From the human T2T-CHM13v2.0 reference genome, Homo sapiens, in NCBI RefSeq assembly GCF_009914755.1, contig NC_060941.1: a stretch of 64,000 nucleotides of DNA; one strand, 5' to 3'. A model generated the notes under the pieces. The model had not been told where the DNA came from, ran no database searches, and saw only the letters and a list, made by a program, of their open reading frames with translations. A program made the translations under genes and the position numbers. Positions 54,771 through 64,000 of the stretch are shown here, in pieces (position 1 is the stretch's first letter; every line of letters starts with the position of its first letter).

Positions 54771-56512
54771 GCATGGTAGGTTACCAAATAATACCTATGA
54801 CATTAACAGGTAAATGAATAAATAAGCGATGTTTATCTAAAATGTAGAAGTTAACATATATTATTTAAAACTCATTTAAAAAAAAGGGGAATAAAAACAT
54901 GCTAAGAAGAGAATAATCTGAAATTTGCATCAATAGTAATAGCCTAATGAAGATTAGCTTCATTTTAGGCACCACTTTTTGCAAAAGTCTTTTCCACAAA
55001 TCAGATACAGTAAGATCTAATTCTGTAGATTTCTCTAATTTTGACAATTCTCTGTATTAATTTTTAGGTCTCTTCCAGTGGAAAGAAATATATTTGGCTT
55101 GGAATGAGAGTTTAAAATAGATTTTCCATCCATATCCAGGAAGATGAGAATCTTGAGATTTCTAGAGTAACACTGTTAAGATACTCTTGCAGCAAGAGTA
55201 GTTCTGGGTGTTTCCCTCTGATTATCTCATACCTAATATATATCTTAGTTTAGTTTTATTTTTGTTTTCTTCACTCAGACCAAACACATTTTGAAGAAAA
55301 CTGAGCAACATAGATATGATGATTACTGATTGTCATTACAGTGTACTATAGTATTTATTTTACTAAATCATAAATTGCCTAGCTTGTTGGAAAGATTTTT
55401 TATTGTTATAGAGTTTGAAGTATTAGGAATCACATCTTTTTTGGCTTTTCTAGGTTTAAAAGAAATCCCCTAATCATATAAAATATAAAAATCTCCGTGC
55501 ATGGTACATACATATACATATGCAACAGGGAAGTTAATGATTTAAATATAACTAGAGTAAGTTCTAAAATTATATTATAAACAAAGATACAGTCAATCAT
55601 AGGAATTTCTACTGGGCTACTTGCCTTTCAGAGTGAATCGGTTCTCTAGTATCCCAAGAGAGCAGATTCTCTTTTGGTTTTGTTTTTGTTTTTCTTTATA
55701 AGACCCATCTTTGGGGTTAACAGAATCCTAAATCATTTGACAATTGTATCTGAAATATCTTCTTCTGGTCTTTGAACTCTTACTTTTTCATGACGATTGT
55801 GATATTTACATGTAGTAATAGTCAGTGAGATAGGAAACCCTAAATTCACCATCACCTATGTTTCAGCAGGAGCTAGCAGACTTCTCCTTTCTAAAGTAAG
55901 ACATTACTCCCAATTCAGAGAAACTATTGGGTCTATTCTATCAGAAGCATATCCCGCAAGATTTGCAAATTAATAGTGTGCAAAAATACTATATTCACAT
56001 ATTATTTTCCCAGATAAAGTTATTAAAAATAATTAAAATAATCCAGCTGCAAAAACAATTCTAAGAATATAGCTCTTTGCTTTTCTCTAGGAATTTCACA
56101 ATATTTAATTTGGTCTTTGCTATTGTCTGTTTCTCTCATAAGAATTTCCTTCATGGTAAAGAATGTGTTCCTTATTTCTAATCTAAATTACTTTTGCTTC
56201 AAGTATATTTTTACTATTATTTTTGTTAACTTAAAAATTATGGGAAAAAAAGACGTTTTCTCCTTTAGAATATTTTAATCTTTTAAAAATAGTCTTTGAT
56301 ATCTACTGACAGCTTCCATAAAATTATCTCTCACTTATATGAGTTAAAACATTGTATTTTAAATATGTGAAATAAAACCCTAATTATGTTGTTATAATTT
56401 ATAATTCACCCTGTCACTGCCTTGCTTCAAAGCATCCTGTGTTTCCTAATTGTGCATCCACTTAAATTAAAAATCATATATATATATTTTATATGTATAT
56501 ATTTATTTTATA

Positions 56513-56609
56513 TATGATGGTTCCCACCCTAATCTGGGTGACCACCATCTAATCAGCTGCCAGCATGGCTAGAATATAAAGCAGGCAGAAAAACATAAAA
56601 AAGTTAATA
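56513..56609 (+). mobile_element. Internally deleted MLT2A1 fragment
   Basis: TATGATGGTT joined to CCCACCCTAATCTGGGTG...CTAGAATATAAAGCAGGCAGAAAAAC, which aligns to 57355-57434. Confidence 0.8.
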
Positions 56610-56848
56610 TATACATATTAACTTTTATTGTATGTGCAAGTTTGTTACATAACTTCAAAGCCCAAAACAAGTTACCCAGAGTTAATGCACGTAGTCCAGG
56701 AGTTGAGAGCCAAGCGTTAGCCCCCTGAAATCTCTCAAAAGTGAAGCTAGTTGGCTGAATCCACCCTATACCATAATCAAACCCTCAAGGTCATCAAATA
56801 GGATTTAAAAATCCCAAATTATATGTTTCTATTTTTCTATATACTACA

Positions 56849-57225
56849 TATTATGGATTGAATGTTTATCTCCCTTCAAAATTCATATGTCACAGCCTCA
56901 ACACTCAATGTGGTAGTATTTGAAGCCGTGGCTTCTGGGAGATAATTAGGGTTGGATGAAGTCATGAGTATGGGGTCCTTATGGTTGGATTAGGGCCCTT
57001 TTAAGAAGATACTATAGAGCTTTCCCCCTATCCCCCTGCCTCTTTCTTTATTACATGAGGACACATCTAGAAAGCAGCCACCTGAAAACTAGGAAGAGAG
57101 CTCTCACCAGAACCCAACCAGGATCGCAGACTTCTAACTTCCAAAATTGTGAGAAAATAAATGTCTGTTGTCTAAGCCACTTAGTCTATGGTATTTTGTT
57201 ATGGTAGCATGGACAGACTAGTACA
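56849..57225 (+). mobile_element. MLT1A-like MaLR solo LTR
   Basis: TATGGATTGAATGTTT...AAAATTCATATGT...TAAGCCACTTAGTCTATGGTATTTTGTTATGG...GACTAGTACA. Confidence 0.85.
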
Positions 57226-57229
57226 CTAC

Positions 57230-57682
57230 TGTGATGGTTAATACTGAGTGTCAACTTGATTGGATTGAAGGATGCAAAGTATTGATCCTGGGTGTGTCTG
57301 TGAGGCTGTTGCCAAAAAGATTAACATTAAAGTCAGTAGGCTGATAAAGGCTGACCCACCCTTAATATGGGTGGCATGATCTAATCTGCTGCCAGCGTGG
57401 CTAGAATATAAAGCAGGCAGAAAAATGTGAAAAGACCAGACTGGCCTAGCCTCCAAGCCTACATCTTTCTCCAGGGCTGTATGCTTCTTGCCCTTGAACA
57501 TCAGGCTCCAAGTCCTTCAGTTTTCAGACTCAGAATGGCTCTCCTTGCTCCTCAGCTTGCAGATGGCCTATTGTGGGACCTTGTGATCGTGTAAGTTAAT
57601 ACTTAATAAACTCACCTTATATCTATCTATCTATCTATCTATCCTACTAGTTCTGTCCATCTAGAGAACCCTGACTAATACA
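57230..57682 (+). mobile_element. MLT2A1 (HERVL) solo LTR, full length
   Basis: TGTGATGGTTAATACTGAGTGTCAACTTGATTGGATTGAAGGATGCAAAGTATTGATCCTGGGTGTG...CTAGAGAACCCTGACTAATACA; 5-bp TSD ACTAC/ACCAC; internal (ATCT)n. Confidence 0.92.
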
Positions 57683-58013
57683 ACCACCTTATTTCAAAAT
57701 AGGATTTCAGATGGCTTATACAATATATCATATCAACTGAAAAGTGATGGGAAAATTAAAAGCAAGGTAATTAGAAACAAAAGCAAGGACAAGGCTTGTA
57801 GCAATCTGATGTCTGTAAAGTGTGCTAGACATAGACCATACACTTTCCGTTAAGTTACCTATAAGCCAAACCAAAGAGGAAATATAATTAGTTAAGTAGC
57901 TTGCAATTACTATTACTTAAAGAGAAATAAATGATAAGGAGAGTTATGCCTGGTCATGAGATTTACAGAAAGTTCCTCCCAGTGATTCCTCATAAAGATG
58001 ATACTCTAACACT

Positions 58014-59539
58014 GCAATAAGGAGTATTTGCAACAGCACTCTTTGTGGCAGTGGCTGCTGCCATCATGTTGGCTGCAGCACAGCTGCGGCTGCACACTCC
58101 ATGAAGCCTGTGGGAGCCCTGCCTCTTCTGATTTGGGACAGAAGCTCCCCAGGTGCCACTGCAGCCACTCAAACCACAGCTGCAGATCCTGGCCTCCTGC
58201 TCCACAAAGCAGGCAGGAGCCCTGCCCTCCTGGTCAAGGCTACAGCCACCCAAACTGCAACTGTGGATCCGAGCCTCCCTGTGCTCTTGAGGGAGCCAGG
58301 AATAGGCAGGATCTGCCCTCCCAGATGCAGCTGCAGCTGCAGCACCTGTGGCTGCAGACCTGGGCCTCTCACTCCAGGAAGCAGGCAGGATCTGGTGACA
58401 AGTGGGAGCCCGGCCCCTTCTGAGTTGGCAGGGTAGGAGCTCAGTGTAGCCATGGCAGCTTCCCTGGGGACAGGAACCAGGCATCTCTGCGGGGGCCCAA
58501 GGAAGGACACCTCCCTCCCACTGCAATCTCTGCAGGCTCATGGGTGTCTGCTCTCTCTCGCTTGATGTCTGCTCTGATCTCAGAGCCAGGGCTGGGGCTG
58601 AGCCCTGAGGTCATGAATGCTAGCAGGAGGCAAATTGATTCCTGGGTGGAAGGGGGTGGGGTCCCCAGTAAGGCCCCACCCTCAGGCCAGGGAGGGCCTG
58701 AAGGCTGGGAGCTGGGCTGCCAGTCCCACAAACAGGAGTGGGAACTCCTAGTGCCTCTTCCTGCCAGCCCGTGGCCACTCATGGACCAATCGGCATGCAC
58801 TTCCTCCCCTCTGAGGTCCATAAAAGCCCTTGGCTCAGCCCAAGCAGGGTACAGGACGGCAAGAAGATGAAGAGGGCAGAGAGACAATGGGACAGGACAA
58901 TCAACTGCAGAGAGGAAGAGTACTCTCTCTGCTGAGAGCTGCAGAGATGACCTGCTGGCACAGAGGAGTTACCCACTCCTCTGAGCTGTTCTAACACTAA
59001 ATACAACTCTTCTTCATCCTTCACTTGTCTGCATACCTCATTCTTCCTGGACACAAGACAAGAACTTGGGCAAAGGCACCATGGCCACAGAGGTTTCTGG
59101 CCTGAAAAATCAACACCCCAGAGATCCTGTAACACTATATCCATTCCTCACTCCTTTCTGCCCACTCTGTGCCTTTGGAGAGCAGCCTTCTTTGGACTAT
59201 CTTGCACTCTGAGATAAACCAACAGAAGACCAAAGAGAGAAGAGACAGTGTAAGATGTTTATTCACATTTCTCCCACCTTTCCAGGCCTGGTTTCAGCAG
59301 TGACTATATTCTTCTACTTTAGACAAGAACTTCTGGTGAATGGAGGCTCTACCACAGCTACAACTTTTACACAGTTGTGGTAAGACCATTCTTGCTCTTG
59401 CTTCTTCAGGTCCAGATGATACATTACTATCCTTTGTTGGTTCTCCTAACCCTCTATTAATCATTCTTCAATCAGGCTCTTGTCCATTAAGCCTTTGAAA
59501 TCTGTCATCTCCTTCCTGCCTAGAATAACGGCAAATCTA
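58014..59539 (+). mobile_element. LTR33-like ERVL LTR, split by the MER52 insertion
   Basis: After MER52: ATCCATTCC...CTCTGTGCC...TGGACT...CAGTGACTATATTCTTCTAC...CTTCAGG...TTGTTGGTT...CATCTCCTTCCTGCC; short left stub at 58014-58042. Confidence 0.6.
58043..59134 (+). mobile_element. Second MER52-family ERV1 solo LTR
   Basis: TGGCAGTGGCTGCTGCCATCA start, GAGATCCTGTAACA end; homologous to 16841-18169; TSD CTCT/CTAT. Confidence 0.9.
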
Positions 59540-59810
59540 TATAATTCCTTCTTGTATTGTCCTTTTATATAGGCAAAATCATAATGCCAAGGGTAATTTA
59601 CCGAAAACAATTATACAGTGTTATGCTTTGCATTAATTCACAGATAAAGTTTATACTCGCTATAAAATATGGATAAACTCTTGTTTTTAAAAATAGAACA
59701 CAAATACTCTCAGATGCATAGGGCAATATGCCAGCAGATTCAGAAGCCACAAGACAAATACACCTTTTCCCAAAGCACTGTTTTTTTCTTAAATGCCTAT
59801 TTTTTTTTTA

Positions 59811-60889
<1,079 letters not shown>

Positions 60890-61032
60890 GAGCCCCACGC
60901 TGTGGTATTATGACTACAGCTTAACTAATTTTATCTGTAGTGATCACATTTCTGAATAAAGTCACATTCTGAGGTACTGAGGGTTAGAACTTCAACATAT
61001 GAATTTCGGCAGGACATAATTAACCCATAATA
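60890..61032 (-). mobile_element. MLT1B/C 5' fragment
   Basis: AATAAAGTCACATTCTGAGGTACTGAGGGTTAGAACTTCAACATATGAATTT...AACCCATAA. Confidence 0.75.
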
Positions 61033-61186
61033 GTAGTGCACTGATAAAAATTGTTTTCTTTACATCATCTCTTTTGATGCCTTCTGTGCACTAATAAAAT
61101 ACTATTTGAATTTCTATGTTAGTTGTCAGTTACTATAATTGTGATTTCTTTTAATAATTAATATTCCATAAAATGGTCATTTATAT

Positions 61187-61286
61187 GCTTGAACCTGGGA
61201 GGTGGAGGTTGCAGTGAGCCAAGATTGCGCCACTGCAATCCAGCTTGGGCAACAGAGTGAGACTTTGTCTCAAACAAAAAAAAAAA
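61187..61286 (+). mobile_element. 5'-truncated Alu (end of right arm)
   Basis: GCTTGAACCTGGGAGGTGGAGGTTGCAGTGAGCC...GTCTCAAA. Confidence 0.9.
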
Positions 61287-61954
61287 GGAGGAATATTTAT
61301 AATTGTTGAAATCACTATCATTTTTACATATAACTAGAAATAGATATATCAGATTTTGATCAAAGTTTGCCTAGCTTAAAATAGAGATAAGACATGCCTT
61401 CAAGTTGCCTCAAGGAGAAATTAGTTACATCAAACACATCATTTGTGTACATGGTGAATCAATTTATTCTACTATTTTAAGTTTCCATTGCAGACTGAGT
61501 TAGATATTATGGGAAGATCCAATAACTCTTATTAGAAATAATTTAATAATTTAGCATACTAAATAGCATCCTTCTGGTTGGAAAGAGTGTCTCATATATC
61601 CCTAAGATGTTAGGGGTATCCTTTTTGTAAACTCCATATAATTCAACTGCCTGTGAGGAAAATTTTGAACATAAATTTTAAAAAGTCTATGATCTGTTTG
61701 ATTGTGCTAGCGTAAAACTCATGACAACATGGACTTTTCTGGAAATAAATAAAAGAATAAAGGTATAATGTAGGCCACTATAATGTCTTACTTTTTGCCT
61801 TCTTCTACTGAGTTAGCTAAGGCATTACTCGTACATTGATTTGTTGTTGTGGTTGTTTTAAAAGTACATTTTAAAAGATAGATAATTGTTGTGACTTTTT
61901 AAAGAAAAAAATTATATATGCCTGATTTAAAATAAATTCCAGCAATACAGAAGT

Positions 61955-61967
61955 GAGAGAAAAAAAG

Positions 61968-62026
<59 letters not shown>

Positions 62027-62086
62027 AAAAAGAAAAGAAAGAAAAGAAAAAAGGAAGGAAGGAAGAAAGGAAGGAAGAAAAAGAGA
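61955..62086. repeat. (GAAA)15 plus (GGAA)n pure polypurine tract
   Basis: 132 consecutive purines; (GAAA)15 at 61969-62028. Confidence 0.95.
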
Positions 62087-62179
62087 TAATATGTTTTGGA
62101 GAAAATATTGTGGACATTATTGGACTTAGTAACTGATTAGATAAGGTCATTATTAAAAAATAAGAAAAGTGAAAGCCAA

Positions 62180-62700
62180 TGTTAAGCACTAGATCGGTAC
62201 TATTTTTATCATGGGTAGGACAGTGATTTGTCATCACAGGAATAGACACTTAACCGTCAGGTACAGACTTGTCCTCTTTGCTTATAGCATACAACTAATA
62301 TTTGTGGATTGCAGAGGCATTATTCATTGACTACGGTTCCGCTGACCACTCATTTAATGGCAATGGAAATGGAGCAAAAGATTCATGCTCATAGAAATAA
62401 TGGGTCTTCCCATGTACCTCATTATGTAGAAAATACTAGCTTGATGAAATAGTAGATTATCTGTCAAAAGATCAATTGGGGTGCCATTTTGGAGGCAACA
62501 CTATGTGAAGTTGATGTGCTATCCCACAGGATGGGATACAGGCCTTCAATCAGCAGTCAATACACAGTAATACCTAAGCCCAAATGCTTAGTCCAGGAAT
62601 CAACAGATATAGGCAGCAGTGAACCACTATTACCACTACATCTGTAACTCATTTAAAGAATATCTGCTTCTTTCTTGTCCCAACAAAGTTGACCTGCAAG
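62180..62700 (+). mobile_element. ERVL internal relic (pol integrase region, disrupted)
   Basis: TCATGGGTAGGACAGTGATTTGTCATCACAGGAATAGACACT (..FVITGIDT), CATGCTCATAGAA..GGTCTTCCCATGTACC, GGAGGCAACAC, GTCCAGGAATCAA are collinear with recalled HERVL integrase DNA; stops and frameshifts present. Confidence 0.75.
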
Positions 62701-64000
62701 CATAAAAACAATCTCAAGATGAAATGCCTCTATTTTACAGCATTTACTTAATGCTGTTTGCATTTAATTTGCATTTAGTTTGTGTCATAACTTGACTGGG
62801 AAAAAGGGTTTGTGTATTTGTGTTCAGTTTACTTACTGAACAGAATATTTATAACCCATTTTATTTGAAAGTGGTCACTATAAAATACTGTAAGTACATA
62901 TAAGAAATAGGGGAGTTGTTTTCAGAATAAATCTCATTGACAAATATTTACCAGACATGAACATATACAGTCTGCTGTGCTAGGTTGTTGTTCAATATGC
63001 AGAAATAACAGAATCAATCTCAGAGTTTCTGGGTTCAAATCACAAGGTTGCATCTTTTTTAGCAGAGGAAACCAGAGGCTGTCTTTGGCAAACAGTGTTG
63101 AAAATAACATTCTCAAATTGCTACAGGAAGAAAATCAATGTCTAATTCACACATTTTATTCTCAGCCCAACCAGATATTTTCTTATATTTATGAAGAACT
63201 TGAGGAAACACAGCAGCCCTTCACTGTTCTCTTCACCAAGTTAACTCATGGCTTCCATGGTGCTTATATGATGCATGTGTGTCTAATAAAAAGTCAATAT
63301 TGTGCTAAATACAGTTTAGCCTATTTTTATTTTCATATGCATTATGTTAACAAATAAGTTTATGTTAGTATATTAGGAAAGTATGGCATTCCTGACATTT
63401 AATATACAGGGTTATATTCTTTTGGTGTTATAATTTCTGTTCAAGTTTGATTTCTGAGAATACACCATTGGCCTCCCTCAAGAACAAAACATCTCTATAT
63501 CCTCAGTGCCTTCTACAATGTCTGCCAAATAATAGGAATTCTGTAAATGCTAGCTATGCTTTTTTTGTTGATAGCCAGCATATGCGTATAGTTTGAAATC
63601 ATATTTATTTATTTTAAAGTAAATTCATAATTTTGTCCTAAGATATATCCAGAAGCAAGCAATAAAACTAGGCTGACTGCTAAGAATCAAGGTTGACCCT
63701 CAATGTATAAGCTTTCAGAATCAGAATATAAGTAGGAGGTCCAGGAATTTCATTGTAAATGCCTAAATCTCAAAGAAGAGCTGTGTTTGGATCTCCTCCC
63801 CTGTATTGGTATATATCTATGAGCTCTGCTCTTGAAGGCAGACAACTGATACTCTGATTGCTTTCCAAATTGAAAGCTTCACCTGCTGTTTGCAAACGTG
63901 TTCTCTTCTCTTCTGCCCTGTTATTGAACAAACAGGCATTGATTTCTATCTCTCTCTTAAAAGCAACAACATCCCACAGATAATAAAGACAGCCCTGCCT

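Noticed and set aside
57990-59144. 183-aa and other ORFs, similar to those at 16.8-18.2 kb
   Set aside because: The similarity reflects the second MER52 copy, not a gene family
62977-63357. 126-aa ORF in unique sequence (also 28779-29159, 15492-15914, 51582-51944)
   Set aside because: Most start at non-ATG codons, none shows a recognisable domain or supported splice structure, and the lengths are compatible with chance in 64 kb

Overview
AT-rich, CpG-poor primate DNA (human-like, judged from Alu J/S/Y and L1PA elements), either intergenic or deep intronic. I find no credible protein-coding exon, RNA gene or CRISPR array. The long ORFs in the track fall inside Alu, GC-rich MER52 LTRs, L1 3' ends or microsatellites, and the rest are short and featureless. 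Much of the window is interspersed repeat: about 11 Alu/FLAM copies, L1 remnants (L1PA to L1M), L2/MIR, DNA transposons (MER82, MER5, MER20, MER58) and about 15 LTR/ERV pieces, with an LTR pile-up at 56.5-62.7 kb. I cannot support a new multi-gene system. The best leads are (i) an MLT2A1 solo LTR that keeps its DUX4-type motif, TATA box and splice donor, with a collapsed second copy just upstream; (ii) a 41-bp hairpin VNTR inside a MER52 LTR that multiplies TEAD and E-box motifs; (iii) a motif-dense unique segment at about 51.6 kb (PBX-MEIS decamer, palindromic E-box, FOX site); (iv) several template-switch and fold-back scars, a twin-primed inverted L1, and a trio of alternately oriented Alus. 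Repeat subfamily names come from recalled consensus sequences, not a database search, and boundaries of old elements are approximate.
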